From Cyanobacteriota bacterium (GTDB lineage: Bacteria; Cyanobacteriota; Cyanobacteriia; Cyanobacteriales; Nostocaceae), in assembly GCA_046045965.1 (NCBI GenBank), contig JBJOKS010000001.1:160001-224000 (forward strand): a stretch of DNA of 64,000 nucleotides, written 5' to 3'. The position numbers and the translations under genes were made by a program. How positions within the stretch are numbered: position 1 is the first letter of the stretch; each line of letters starts with the position of its first letter. The notes beneath the pieces are model-generated. The model was not told where the DNA came from, did no database searches, and saw nothing but the letters and a program-made list of their open reading frames with translations. Below are positions 29,073 to 39,667 of the stretch, piece by piece.

Positions 29073-29188
29073 TACAGCAGCATATGGCTTACGCCTCGCT
29101 ACGCTATCAGGAGTCAGGAGTAAAACTGGCGAATGTGTATAGGTTTAAATTTAGATTGTGTACCTCATTGATCTGTAATCTGCTATAA
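29073..29188. mobile_element. Degenerate TA-flanked MITE carrying a nested SDR-like element and STRR units
   Basis: TACAGCAG ... CTGCTATA ends; internal ATGGCTTACGCCTCGCTACGCTATC and CAGGAGT units. Confidence 0.5.
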
Positions 29189-29466
29189 TAATGTTATTAA
29201 CCCTTAACGTAATCTTGTTTTTGCCATTAAAGGTACAGTATTTTCTAAAATGTATAGCAGTTAAAAATTTTCGTTATCAACAAGCAGGAGGGAAGAGGAT
29301 AATATAAAATTAGGTGTACCGAATTTTTTAAATGATCAAATAGAAGTCCTATCTTTGATTGGGAAAATTACTCATCTTTCCCAGAAATAATGAGACTTAA
29401 ATCAGTTTAAGTTTAGCCAAGTTTTGTATAGCAAAAATGGTCAATGCTTGTCCTTGTCCAATCAGG

Positions 29467-29829
29467 TTAAAAAACTGGTGTTTTACTCCGCAAAGCTTTC
29501 AGGCTTTCAGCTTGCTTGATTACACGTTCAGTAATGCGATCGCACACTAACTCACAAACTTCAAAAATCATCGGATCAGCAATCTCATAAAAGGCACTTG
29601 TACCTTTGGTCTGACGAGATAAAATTCCTGCTTGAGTCAACACTTTCAGATGCTTGGATAAATTTGCTTGCCCCAAACCAGTCACTTCCGCAATTTCCAT
29701 CACATTCATTGCACCTGACTTCAGACAAGTCAAAATCTGTAACCGACTCGCCTCTGATAGCACTTTGAAATAGTCAGCAACCGCCAAAAGAATGGCTGGA
29801 TCAGCATCGGATGGCTTCGTTTTTGGCAT
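29467..29829 (-). CDS. ArsR/SmtB-family transcriptional regulator
   Basis: FKVLSEASRLQIL, NVMEIA...QANLSKHLKVL...GIL, FYEI winged HTH; C-terminal CELVC. Confidence 0.92.
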   Translation of the reverse strand: MPKTKPSDADPAILLAVADYFKVLSEASRLQILTCLKSGAMNVMEIAEVTGLGQANLSKHLKVLTQAGILSRQTKGTSAFYEIADPMIFEVCELVCDRITERVIKQAESLKALRSKTPVF

Positions 29830-29996
29830 AGAACAACTCAATCCTTAGTACAATAGTTATTTCATAACTAATTAGCATTATAACTAACTGTTAATTCACT
29901 GCGGTGAAAAAAAGTCAAACTGATCTGCTAAGATTACTGTAAAGTTATTTAGTTAATAAGTCGATAACTGTCTTATTTACAAAATTGTAAAAATTT

Positions 29997-30710
29997 ATGG
30001 ATGTAAAAGAAATTTTAAACCGTTATCAGGCAGGAGAGCGCAGCTTTCAGCGCATCAATCTACAAGAAGCAGAGCTAACAAATGCTAACCTCACAGGAGC
30101 AGATTTTAGTTACGCTGACTTACGTCAAACACGACTTGGTAAAAGTAACTTCAGCCAAGCTTGTATGCGCGAAGCAGACCTAAGTGAAGCCATCCTGTGG
30201 GGAACAGACTTGAGTTCCGCAGACTTGTATCGTGCCATTTTACGTGAGGCTGATTTGACTGGTGCAAAGCTTATTAAGACCCAACTAAATGAAGCTAACT
30301 TAATCAGAACAAGTTTATGTGGTGCTAATTTACATGGTGCAGAACTCTCTCGTGTGCTGCTAATTCAAGCAGATTTACGTCCCAGTTCTGATCAGCGCAC
30401 AGACTTAGGATATGCGATTTTGACAGGAGCAGATTTGAGTTACGCTGACCTAAGAACCGCTTCACTGCACCATGCTAATTTAGATCATGCTAAGTTATGT
30501 CGAGCTAATTTAGGTCGAATCATTCAATGGGGAGATGTTACCACAGATTTGACTGGAGCTAGTTTACAAGGTGCGGATTTAAGTTATGCAAATCTCACTC
30601 ATGCAATTTTGCGAAAAGCAAATTTACAAGGAGCAGATTTAACAGGAACAATTCTTGATGATGCTGATTTAGAAGGGGCAATTATGCCTGATGGAACAGT
30701 AGCGAGTTGA
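29997..30710 (+). CDS. Pentapeptide repeat protein
   Basis: A(D/N)Lxx repeats throughout; RYQAGERSF N-cap, MPDG C-cap. Confidence 0.93.
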   Translation: MDVKEILNRYQAGERSFQRINLQEAELTNANLTGADFSYADLRQTRLGKSNFSQACMREADLSEAILWGTDLSSADLYRAILREADLTGAKLIKTQLNEANLIRTSLCGANLHGAELSRVLLIQADLRPSSDQRTDLGYAILTGADLSYADLRTASLHHANLDHAKLCRANLGRIIQWGDVTTDLTGASLQGADLSYANLTHAILRKANLQGADLTGTILDDADLEGAIMPDGTVAS

Positions 30711-30993
30711 CATATTACAGAGGACAAAGAGTTTAAGCAATCTTCCTTTCTTCCTTTGCTCCTTTGCGCCTTTGCTCCTTAGCGCCTACCCTTCGGGATC
30801 TCCTGACGGAGATTGCGCGAAATCATTTCTTCTAAAAAAACGAAGTTGGGTTAAAAACAACCCAACCCAAATCATTTAACTTACCTTTGGGGGTGAAAGT
30901 CCCCGGCTTCTACAAGCAGCGGGTTTTGCGTCGGGGTAAAATCCCCGTTGCAAAACGTAATTCTACATTCTAAATTCTCAATTCTTCATTCTT

Positions 30994-32049
30994 TTAACGC
31001 ACAGTTCCCCGTAAAGCTTCCGTATCAATCGGTTTAATTAAATAAACAAGTAGAAGATTCCAAACAATTGCTATTATTAAAGGCAATTTACGGATAAATT
31101 TCACTACTTTAGGTTGAGAACTACGCTCAATTGCTGAGATTTGCAAATTGTAATCAGAGCAGTTTTGCAGACGTGGGAAAAACTGAGGATGTTCAGTATT
31201 TAACATCACCGGAAAAGCGCGTCCCGCAGTTTCATTAGTGTTGCGAACCACTTCGTGATCAAATTCTGTGGGTTCAAGTCCCAGTAAATGGTAGAAACTA
31301 CCTCGTTCGTGAACCGTCAAAGTATGGGTAGCAAATACCGATAACAAGAAAAACCGACTCCAGAGTTTTGATTTCCAATTATTCCAGAGTTTGGGTTGAG
31401 AACGTAACAAAGCCTTGAATATATCCCCATGTCGGTTTTCGTCCTGACACCAACTCTCAAATTTACGGAAAATTGGGTAAAACTGATGCTCTGGATGCTT
31501 TTGTAAATGGTGATAAATAATGATGTAGCGCCAATAACCGATCTTTTCTGATAAGTAAACAGTATAAAGCACCCATTCCAGCGGGAAAAACGTATAGGTG
31601 CGGGTTTTCGTAACTTCACCTAAGTCCAGGGAAAGTTTAAAATCACCCATCGCTTTATTCAAAAATCCCGCATGACGAGCTTCATCACGCGCCATCAGTT
31701 GAAATATTTCCGCTAATAAAGGATTACGTTGTTTCAGCTTCCGTGATAATTCTTTAAATAGCAAAAACCCCGAAAACTCAGAAATACAAGAGCGTTCCAA
31801 ATACTCAATAAAGGATTTACGTGCTTCACCATCAATGTGTTCCCAGGACCGTTCAAACTCTTCATCCCGCACGAAGTGATGGCGGTTGTAGTCTGCTTGC
31901 ATTTCTGCCAACATTGCTTGTAGTTCTGTTTCTTGGGCAGAAAGATCCAAATTAGCAGCGGTTTCAAAGTCTGTGGTGTAAAACCGGGGAGTAAGTACGG
32001 TTTCTTGACTTGGGGTTTTAATTCCAGGCTTGGGTAGGGTATTAACCAT
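30994..32049 (-). CDS. acsF: Mg-protoporphyrin IX monomethyl ester oxidative cyclase (probably the second, low-O2-type paralog)
   Basis: LTPRFYTTDF, DYNRHHFVR, EFSGFLL, DEARHAG, EKIGYWRY, DENRHGD. Confidence 0.95.
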   Translation of the reverse strand: MVNTLPKPGIKTPSQETVLTPRFYTTDFETAANLDLSAQETELQAMLAEMQADYNRHHFVRDEEFERSWEHIDGEARKSFIEYLERSCISEFSGFLLFKELSRKLKQRNPLLAEIFQLMARDEARHAGFLNKAMGDFKLSLDLGEVTKTRTYTFFPLEWVLYTVYLSEKIGYWRYIIIYHHLQKHPEHQFYPIFRKFESWCQDENRHGDIFKALLRSQPKLWNNWKSKLWSRFFLLSVFATHTLTVHERGSFYHLLGLEPTEFDHEVVRNTNETAGRAFPVMLNTEHPQFFPRLQNCSDYNLQISAIERSSQPKVVKFIRKLPLIIAIVWNLLLVYLIKPIDTEALRGTVR

Positions 32050-32078
32050 GATTCCTCTATTTATTTGTTTAATACTTA

Positions 32079-32096
32079 CATAACTAAAAAGTTATG
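32079..32096. promoter_or_regulatory. Palindromic candidate operator CATAACT-N4-AGTTATG
   Basis: Perfect 7-4-7 inverted repeat about 30 nt upstream of acsF; related copies at 32228-32245 and 29854-29886. Confidence 0.55.
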
Positions 32097-32289
32097 ATAA
32101 CTATAGTTCTTTGACTAGATTCTGTAGCTAAAGCTTTACAAACTGATACAAAAATCCTAAAAATTACCAGCTTTTTCAAAGGTTCTGACTTGTTAAGTTT
32201 TGTATATTATTAATGGTTTTTTAGCTTAATAGCTATAGAGTTATGAATTGAAGTAAAAACTCTGCGTAAGAGATGAAGAGGTATTCAGC

Positions 32290-33348
32290 ATGAACCGTCA
32301 TTCAGAGAATCATCTGCAAGAATTCACAAGTCAAACCATAGTGCTTGCACCTCCAGTTAACGTAGTCAACACAGCACCTGTTAATTCTCGCCAAAGAGCG
32401 AAGCAGTTGATGTTAGACATACAGGATCAAATTTGTGCTGGTTTAGAACAACTTGATGGAGAAGCACGTTTTCGGGAAGACCTTTGGGAACGAGCAGAAG
32501 GTGGTCAAGGACGCACCCGTGTAATTCGGGAAGGACGGATATTTGAACAAGGTGGAGTTAATTTTTCAGAAGTGTGGGGAGATAGTTTACCTGCGGCAAT
32601 TTTAACCCAACGTCCAGAAGCGGCCGGACATGACTTTTTTGTGACTGGTACTTCAATGGTGTTGCATCCTCGTAGTCCTTATATTCCAACGGTACACCTT
32701 AACTATCGTTATTTTGAAGCAGGTCCAATTTGGTGGTTTGGTGGTGGTGCTGATTTAACGCCATACTATCCTTTTGTTGAAGATGCTGTTCATTTTCATC
32801 AAACTTTAAAAGCTGCTTGTGATGCTTCCCATCCAGAATATTATCCGGCGTTTAAACGCTGGTGTGATGAATACTTTTATTTAAGGCATCGTCAAGAACA
32901 ACGGGGTATTGGCGGTATATTTTTTGATTATCAAGATGCTAGTGGTAAACTTTACGTAGGTTCTCAACCAGATAGTCAAGCTGCACTCTACAGCCAGCAA
33001 GTTGGATCTGTATCTCGTAATTGGGAAGATATGTTTGCGTTTGTACAACGTTGTGGTGAAGCATTTTTACCTGCTTATTTACCTATTGCGGAAAGACGAC
33101 AAAATATAGAATATAGCGATCGCCAGCGTCAATTTCAATTATACCGTCGCGGTCGTTACGTTGAATTTAACCTAGTGTACGACCGGGGAACGGTGTTTGG
33201 GTTGCAAACCAATGGCCGGACAGAATCTATTTTAATGTCTTTACCACCGCTAACACGCTGGGAATATGGTTATCAACCAGAACCAGGAAGTCCCGAAGCT
33301 CAACTTACGGAAATCTTTCTTCAGCCTCAAGATTGGGTAAATAGGTAA
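32290..33348 (+). CDS. hemF: Oxygen-dependent coproporphyrinogen III oxidase
   Basis: [46 protein letters not shown]. Confidence 0.96.
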   Translation: MNRHSENHLQEFTSQTIVLAPPVNVVNTAPVNSRQRAKQLMLDIQDQICAGLEQLDGEARFREDLWERAEGGQGRTRVIREGRIFEQGGVNFSEVWGDSLPAAILTQRPEAAGHDFFVTGTSMVLHPRSPYIPTVHLNYRYFEAGPIWWFGGGADLTPYYPFVEDAVHFHQTLKAACDASHPEYYPAFKRWCDEYFYLRHRQEQRGIGGIFFDYQDASGKLYVGSQPDSQAALYSQQVGSVSRNWEDMFAFVQRCGEAFLPAYLPIAERRQNIEYSDRQRQFQLYRRGRYVEFNLVYDRGTVFGLQTNGRTESILMSLPPLTRWEYGYQPEPGSPEAQLTEIFLQPQDWVNR

Positions 33349-33403
33349 TAGGTAATTGGTAATTTCATCTATTACCAATAAAAATTTTGTGAGGATTGTA
33401 ACA

Positions 33404-34252
33404 TTGAATTTGTCATTAAATCAGCCAGACAACCATCAACCTCTGCGTCTTCATTGGGTGTCTGTGGTATTTTTCGGTACTATTCATGGACTAGCATTGC
33501 TGTCACCCTGGTTTTTTTCTTGGGGTGCTGTGGGTGTAACTTTGTTTCTGCACTGGCTGTTTGGCAGTATTGGAGTTTGTTTAGGTTATCATCGTTTGTT
33601 GAGTCATCGTAGTTTTAAAGTACCCAAGTGGTTAGAGTATGCGATCGCTATTTTAGGTGCATTATCTATTCAAGGTGGTCCGATTTTTTGGGTTGCTGGC
33701 CATCGCTTGCATCATGCTTACACCGAAGACGAAAACAAAGATCCCTATTCTGCTCGTAAAGGTTTTTGGTGGAGTCATATCCTCTGGATTTTTTATCCCC
33801 GTTCCGAGTTCTTTGATTATGAGTGTTACCAGAAATTTGCACCTGATTTAGCGCGAGATCCTTTTTACATTTGGCTAAATCGTTATTTCCTGCTGCTACA
33901 AATTCCCGTTGCATTGCTACTGTATGCCCTGGGAGGCTGGTCATTTGTGATTTATGGTGTGTTTTTGAGGTCTGTGATTCTTTGGCACACCACCTGGCTG
34001 ATTAACTCAGTAACCCATATGTGGGGATATCGTACCTTTGAAAGTGATGATAATTCCCGAAATCTTTGGTGGGCTGCTATTCTTACCTACGGTGAAGGTT
34101 GGCACAACAATCATCATGCTTATCCTCATGTAGCTAAATGTGGTTGGCGTTGGTGGGAAATTGATATTACTTGGTGGGTGATTGGATTATTGAAAACATT
34201 AGGTTTGGCGAAAAATGTTAACCTCCCACCTCATAATATCGTTTCACATTGA
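33404..34252 (+). CDS. desC: Delta-9-type acyl-lipid desaturase
   Basis: His boxes HRLLSH, HRLHH, HNNHH; start uncertain (TTG 33404 vs 33356). Confidence 0.88.
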   Translation: MNLSLNQPDNHQPLRLHWVSVVFFGTIHGLALLSPWFFSWGAVGVTLFLHWLFGSIGVCLGYHRLLSHRSFKVPKWLEYAIAILGALSIQGGPIFWVAGHRLHHAYTEDENKDPYSARKGFWWSHILWIFYPRSEFFDYECYQKFAPDLARDPFYIWLNRYFLLLQIPVALLLYALGGWSFVIYGVFLRSVILWHTTWLINSVTHMWGYRTFESDDNSRNLWWAAILTYGEGWHNNHHAYPHVAKCGWRWWEIDITWWVIGLLKTLGLAKNVNLPPHNIVSH

Positions 34253-34548
34253 GGATGTTTGCAAAGTATCAAACTGAATTTATATCCCCCCTAGCCTCTT
34301 TGAACAAGGAGGAATTTAGGGGGATTTACCAGTTTTTTATACAAGAAAAAGGCAAATCATTATTGTTAGGAAATAATATCATTTAAGATGATTAAAATTG
34401 GCAATTATTATCAATAATCAAAAAAATAATCAAGTCATCAAAACTTGATAAAAAAGTTAATTTTTATTATCAAAACTAAAAAATTTTAGGCTACTATTAA
34501 GATTAAATCACCAACTAATTTGTAAGCAAAATTGCTGAGGATAGATTC

Positions 34549-34842
34549 ATGGCAACATTAACAGGAGTAAGATTTGGCGGTGGGACTTGGACACCTAAAT
34601 TTGCTACAGAAATTGACAAGGATAAATGTATCGGTTGTGGCAGATGTATTAAAGTATGTGGTCACAATGTTTTAGGTTTGATGGCCTTGAATGAAGAAGG
34701 TGAATTTGTTGAAGACGAAGATGATGAAGAAATTGAACGCAAAGTGATGGTAGTTGCTCATCCAGAAAACTGTATTGGTTGTGAAGCTTGTTCTCGGATT
34801 TGTCCTAAAAATTGTTATTCCCATGCAACATTAGACAGCTAA
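34549..34842 (+). CDS. fdxB: Ferredoxin III, nif-specific
   Basis: [11 protein letters not shown] and [12 protein letters not shown] with an acidic insert; WTPKF N-terminus. Confidence 0.92.
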   Translation: MATLTGVRFGGGTWTPKFATEIDKDKCIGCGRCIKVCGHNVLGLMALNEEGEFVEDEDDEEIERKVMVVAHPENCIGCEACSRICPKNCYSHATLDS

Positions 34843-35333
34843 AACTTTTGGGAATTAACTCAAGTCAGTAAATGAGAAGGAGACATTGTTTAAATCCGTA
34901 GTTCATCCTAGCCAGGTAATTAGAGGGGAATACTCAATCCTTACTTAAATTAGTTAAAACAGTTATTTAAAAATTAGTTAAAAATTAGTTAAAAAGTTCA
35001 TAATAAACAAAAATATAAATTAGAAATTGTTATTACTTAACCAAATTGAAAAACAAGATTTCCGATTTCTTTGAGATGTCGGGAATTTGATTATTTCAAT
35101 TTTCACCGGAGGAAAATATAATTTGTAATATTTCCGGGGAGAGATATGAAAAAATATGGAAGTTTCGCGATTTTTGATTAGGTGCAAGTTAAAACGGTAA
35201 TAAGTGAAAATCAAAAATGTAAGAATTCAGGAGTCAGGATTCAGGAGTTAGGAGAACGATAAATTATGACCTGTTCCCTGTTCCCTGTTCCCTGTTAAGA
35301 GTTCCCATTGATAACTGATAGAGAACAGGTAGT

Positions 35334-36287
35334 ATGCAAAAAGTTCCTGTGTCGTTATGGACGCTGTTAGCGGGGATGATAATTTCCCCTATCAGTATTT
35401 GGATTGGTCAAAATCATCATTTATTGCCTGTACAAGCATCGCAACAAGCACCTTTGGTAGACGGATTATTTAATATCATGTTTACCATTGCGATCGCTCT
35501 TTTCTTAGTAGTTGAAGGTACAATTCTCATTTTCCTATTTATCTATCGTCGCCGTCCAGGAGACAATAGTGATGGTACACCCGTAGAAGGTAATTTAGCC
35601 TTAGAAATCTTTTGGACAGCAGTACCCAGCGTCATTGTAATTGTTTTGGGTATTTACAGCGTCAATATTTATAACCAAATGGGAGGTTTAGAACCAGGTA
35701 GTCATCCTCATGGCCATGTGGCGATGGCTGCTAGTATGAATGATGGTTCTCAATCTTTAGCTGTTCCTAATATTGGTATTGGTGGTAGTCCTCAAACTCA
35801 AAATAAACCAGCAGATTTGGTAGTTGATGTTAAAGGGATTCAGTTTGCTTGGTTATTTAACTATCCCGAAACAGGTATTGCTGCTGGTGAATTACACGTT
35901 CCTGTTGGCGCTGATGTGCAGTTGAATTTATCCGCAGATGATGTAATTCATTCTTTCTGGGTTCCTCAATTTCGCCTCAAACAAGATGCTATTCCTGGTG
36001 TCCCCACAGAACTCAGATTTGTCGCTACAAAACCTGGTACATATCCCATAGTTTGTGCAGAATTGTGTGGTGGTTATCACGGTTCCATGCGAACACAGGT
36101 AATTGTTCACAGCCAAGAAGATTTTGATAACTGGTTAACAGAAAATCAGTTAGCACAAAAGCAAGGACAGCCTCAAATTGTAGCAGTAAATCCTGCTAAT
36201 TTATCAACTTCTGATTTTCTCATTCCCTATGTTAAGGATATGGGAATAAGTGCAGAGAATATTCAGTCATTAGTTATTAGTCATTAG
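35334..36287 (+). CDS. coxB: Cytochrome c oxidase subunit II (heterocyst cox2-type by context)
   Basis: DVIHSFWVP and CuA motif CAELCGGYHGSM. Confidence 0.95.
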   Translation: MQKVPVSLWTLLAGMIISPISIWIGQNHHLLPVQASQQAPLVDGLFNIMFTIAIALFLVVEGTILIFLFIYRRRPGDNSDGTPVEGNLALEIFWTAVPSVIVIVLGIYSVNIYNQMGGLEPGSHPHGHVAMAASMNDGSQSLAVPNIGIGGSPQTQNKPADLVVDVKGIQFAWLFNYPETGIAAGELHVPVGADVQLNLSADDVIHSFWVPQFRLKQDAIPGVPTELRFVATKPGTYPIVCAELCGGYHGSMRTQVIVHSQEDFDNWLTENQLAQKQGQPQIVAVNPANLSTSDFLIPYVKDMGISAENIQSLVISH

Positions 36288-36365
36288 TCATTAGTCTTGG
36301 TTATTGGTTATTAGTAAATGATAACCAAAAAAATCCAAAATCTAAAATCTAAAATCCACAATCGA

Positions 36366-38048
36366 ATGACACAAATAGAATTTCCACCAAATACACCACC
36401 AGAAGATAGTCAACAACAAACTGTAATGGTGTCTCACACTCAACATCACCAAGCATGGAAATTGAAGGATTACTTCACCTTTAATATTGATCACAAAGTA
36501 ATTGGGATTCAATATTTAGTGACGGCCTTTGTATTTTATTTGATTGGTGGGTTGATGGCGATCGCTATCCGCACCGAATTAGCTACACCAGATTCTGATT
36601 TTCTTGATCCAAATCTGTATAACGCTTTCATGACAAATCATGGAACAATCATGATTTTTTTATGGATCGTTCCCAGTGCAATTGGGGGATTTGGTAATTA
36701 TCTAGTTCCCTTAATGGTGGGTGCTAGAGATATGGCATTTCCTAAATTAAATGCGATCGCCTTTTGGTTAAACCCACCCGCAGGTTTACTATTATTAGGT
36801 AGTTTTATTTTTGGTGGTTCTCAGTCAGGTTGGACAGCTTACCCACCTCTAAGTTTAATTACCGCCAACAACGCTCAAACAATGTGGATTTTAGCCATTG
36901 TTTTAGTAGGAACTTCCTCAATTTTAGGTTCACTTAACTTTGTCATCACCATTTTGATGATGAAAGTTCCTAGCATGAAATGGGATCAAGTTCCCCTATT
37001 TTGCTGGGCAATTTTAGCAACCTCCATCCTCGCACTTTTATCTACCCCAGTATTAGCAGCAGGTTTAATCTTGCTGTTATTTGATATTAACTTTGGCACT
37101 TCTTTCTTCAAACCAGATGCAGGTGGTAACGTCGTTATTTACCAACATTTATTCTGGTTTTATTCCCACCCAGCGGTTTATTTAATGATTCTGCCGATTT
37201 TCGGGATCATGTCCGAAGTAATTCCCACCCATGCACGAAAACCTATTTTTGGTTATCGAGCGATCGCTTATTCCAGTGTCGCTATTTGCGTCGTTGGTTT
37301 ATTCGTCTGGGTACACCATATGTTCACCAGTGGAACACCCGGATGGATGCGGATGTTCTTCACTATTTCCACATTAATAGTAGCCGTTCCCACAGGTGTC
37401 AAAATCTTCGGTTGGGTAGCAACACTTTGGGGTGGAAAAATTCGTTTTACCACCGCCATGTTATTTGCAATTGGCTTACTTTCCATGTTCGTCATGGGTG
37501 GTTTAAGCGGCGTAACAATGGGAACCGCTCCCTTTGATGTTCACGTCCACGATACATATTATGTAGTCGCACATTTCCACTACGTTTTATTTGGTGGTTC
37601 TGTATTTGGTATTTACGCAGGTATCTATCATTGGTTCCCCAAAATTACAGGCAGAATGATGAACGAAACATGGGGAAGAGTTCACTTTGTTCTGACATTA
37701 ATTGGGACTAACTTAACATTTTTACCCATGCACAAACTCGGTTTACAAGGAATGCCTCGCCGAGTTGCCATGTATGACCCCCAATTTATCAGCTTAAACC
37801 AGCTTTGCACCATTGGCGCATTCATTTTGGGTATTTCTGTAATTCCCTTCGCTTACAACGCCTTTAAAAGCTGGACAGAAGGCGAATTTGCAGGTGATAA
37901 TCCTTGGGAAAGTTTAACTTTAGAATGGACAACTAGCTCCCCTCCAATTATTGAAAACTGGGAAGTTTTACCTGTCGTCACTCATGGACCCTATGACTAT
38001 GGCCATAACCATGATGAATCTTCATCGGTGACAGAAGCAATAAGTTAA
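36366..38048 (+). CDS. coxA: Cytochrome c oxidase subunit I
   Basis: DHKVIG, HGTIM, WFYSHPAVY, WVHHMF, VAHFHYV, GMPRR. ATG 36366 preferred. Confidence 0.96.
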   Translation: MTQIEFPPNTPPEDSQQQTVMVSHTQHHQAWKLKDYFTFNIDHKVIGIQYLVTAFVFYLIGGLMAIAIRTELATPDSDFLDPNLYNAFMTNHGTIMIFLWIVPSAIGGFGNYLVPLMVGARDMAFPKLNAIAFWLNPPAGLLLLGSFIFGGSQSGWTAYPPLSLITANNAQTMWILAIVLVGTSSILGSLNFVITILMMKVPSMKWDQVPLFCWAILATSILALLSTPVLAAGLILLLFDINFGTSFFKPDAGGNVVIYQHLFWFYSHPAVYLMILPIFGIMSEVIPTHARKPIFGYRAIAYSSVAICVVGLFVWVHHMFTSGTPGWMRMFFTISTLIVAVPTGVKIFGWVATLWGGKIRFTTAMLFAIGLLSMFVMGGLSGVTMGTAPFDVHVHDTYYVVAHFHYVLFGGSVFGIYAGIYHWFPKITGRMMNETWGRVHFVLTLIGTNLTFLPMHKLGLQGMPRRVAMYDPQFISLNQLCTIGAFILGISVIPFAYNAFKSWTEGEFAGDNPWESLTLEWTTSSPPIIENWEVLPVVTHGPYDYGHNHDESSSVTEAIS

Positions 38049-38060
38049 ACCGCAGAAATT

Positions 38061-38161
38061 GTAGGTTGGGTTAAGCAACAGCGCAACCCAACAAACCACC
38101 CAAAATATTGGGTTTACTTCTGTTCTCAAATGTTGGGTTTCCTCACATCAACCCAACCTAC
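38061..38161. repeat. GTAG REP doublet inside the cox operon
   Basis: GTAGGTTGGGTTAAGCAACAGCGCAACCCAAC ... GTTGGGTTTCCTCACATCAACCCAACCTAC. Confidence 0.8.
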
Positions 38162-38182
38162 ATTTATTACTAGGAAAATAGC

Positions 38183-38779
38183 ATGACTGCAATTACAACC
38201 AGTGAACATCACGAAGCTGGACACGAACATCATCCAGATTTAAGAGTTTGGGGACTATTAACTTTCTTAGTTTCTGAATCATTAATGTTTGGTGGATTTT
38301 TCGCTACCTACATATTTTTTAAAGGTACTACCGCAGTTTGGCCACCAGAAGGAACAGAAGTAGAATTATTTATTCCCACAATTAACACCATCATTCTCGT
38401 TTCTAGTAGTTTTGTCATTCACTTAGGTGATATGGCAATTAAAAGAAATAGTGTTGGTTGGATGCGGTTTTGGTATTTTATTACCGCAGTTATGGGTGCT
38501 GTATTCCTAGCCGGTCAGGTTTATGAATACCAGAATTTAGGCTATGGTTTAACTACCAACGTCTTCGCTAATTGCTTTTATTTAATGACTGGTTTCCACG
38601 GGTTGCACGTATTTGTGGGACTGTTATTAATTTTAGGTGTTTTGTGGCGTTCTTTCCGTCGTAATCATTATTCTGCTGTTAAACATACAGGCATCGAAAT
38701 GGCGGAAATTTACTGGCACTTTGTTGATATAATCTGGATCATTCTCTTCACTTTGGTTTACATTCTGAACGCATTTTAA
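38183..38779 (+). CDS. coxC: Cytochrome c oxidase subunit III
   Basis: FLVSESLMF, TGFHGLHV, YWHFVD. Confidence 0.95.
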   Translation: MTAITTSEHHEAGHEHHPDLRVWGLLTFLVSESLMFGGFFATYIFFKGTTAVWPPEGTEVELFIPTINTIILVSSSFVIHLGDMAIKRNSVGWMRFWYFITAVMGAVFLAGQVYEYQNLGYGLTTNVFANCFYLMTGFHGLHVFVGLLLILGVLWRSFRRNHYSAVKHTGIEMAEIYWHFVDIIWIILFTLVYILNAF

Positions 38780-38854
38780 TTTGGTAATGGGTAATTGGTA
38801 ATTATACACCCATTACCTTTTACCTGATCATACATCATTCACAATTGTAAAAAT

Positions 38855-38938
38855 ATCATCCAATCACATCCTGTAAATCCTTAAATCCTGAAAATCCTGA
38901 TTCAGACAAATAAAATCCTGAAAATCCTGATTCTGAAA
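38855..38938. repeat. AATCCTG-type repeat cluster, including a 27-bp direct repeat (copy 1)
   Basis: ATCATCCAATCACATCCTGTAAATCCT, then AAATCCTGAAAATCCTGATTCWGA twice. Confidence 0.8.
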
Positions 38939-38948
38939 TTATTTAACC

Positions 38949-39515
38949 TTAATCAAAAATCTGTGAAGCTTGTAAATTCAGACTATTAAATTGTGGAGAA
39001 ATAACTAAATCATCACCAGAAAAAATCCCAATTTCATGATAAATTTCATTAATTAATTCTAAAACTAATATACTTTTGGTTTGGGGGTCAATAATCCAAT
39101 ATTCAGGAATGCCACAATCTTGATACTGTAGACGTTTAGCAATAAAATCTCTATCTCTTTGTAATTCCCCAGGACTAACAACTTCAACAACCAATAAAGG
39201 TGGTAACATTGAGAGGCGAATAGTATTCCGGTTTGCTAATTGTTGAATATGCTCTTCTCTAATAATAGTCAGGTCAGGATAACGGTTTCTCGGTTCTCCT
39301 CTTACTTCCAATTCCAAACCATGTCCCCGCACTCTATCAATGCCTATTAACAATGCAAAAATGAGAAAAAGACGATTAGCAATCTGCACATTAATTCCTG
39401 ACTCTGGTGGCATTTCAATCAACTCCCCATTAAACAATTCATACAAATTATCTGTGCCATCATCATAAGATAAATATTCTTCAAAACTTGCAAATCTATG
39501 TTTAGTTTGTACCAT
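38949..39515 (-). CDS. Uma2-family (DUF820) PD-(D/E)xK-like protein
   Basis: [39 protein letters not shown]. Confidence 0.92.
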   Translation of the reverse strand: MVQTKHRFASFEEYLSYDDGTDNLYELFNGELIEMPPESGINVQIANRLFLIFALLIGIDRVRGHGLELEVRGEPRNRYPDLTIIREEHIQQLANRNTIRLSMLPPLLVVEVVSPGELQRDRDFIAKRLQYQDCGIPEYWIIDPQTKSILVLELINEIYHEIGIFSGDDLVISPQFNSLNLQASQIFD

Positions 39516-39574
39516 GACATTTACTCCATGATTACTGATGGTTTAATTTTAACATTATTTATAAGTATTAAAAC

Positions 39575-39611
39575 ATCATCCAATCACATCCTGTAAATCC
39601 TGATTCTGAAA
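39575..39611. repeat. 27-bp direct repeat (copy 2) followed by GATTCTGAAA
   Basis: 39575-39601 is identical to 38855-38881. Confidence 0.8.
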
Positions 39612-39667
39612 ATTAGCCGTAATTCTGCTATAATTATAATCACTTCAATGTAATTGGTGACAGCATA

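Noticed and set aside
30885..30960. IS200/IS605-type end or riboswitch (GC-rich hairpins after acsF)
   Set aside because: No associated transposase, second end or recognisable aptamer consensus; left unassigned.
32123..32140. NtcA box upstream of acsF/hemF (TGTAGCTAAAGCTTTACA)
   Set aside because: Spacing is GTA-N10-TAC rather than GTA-N8-TAC.
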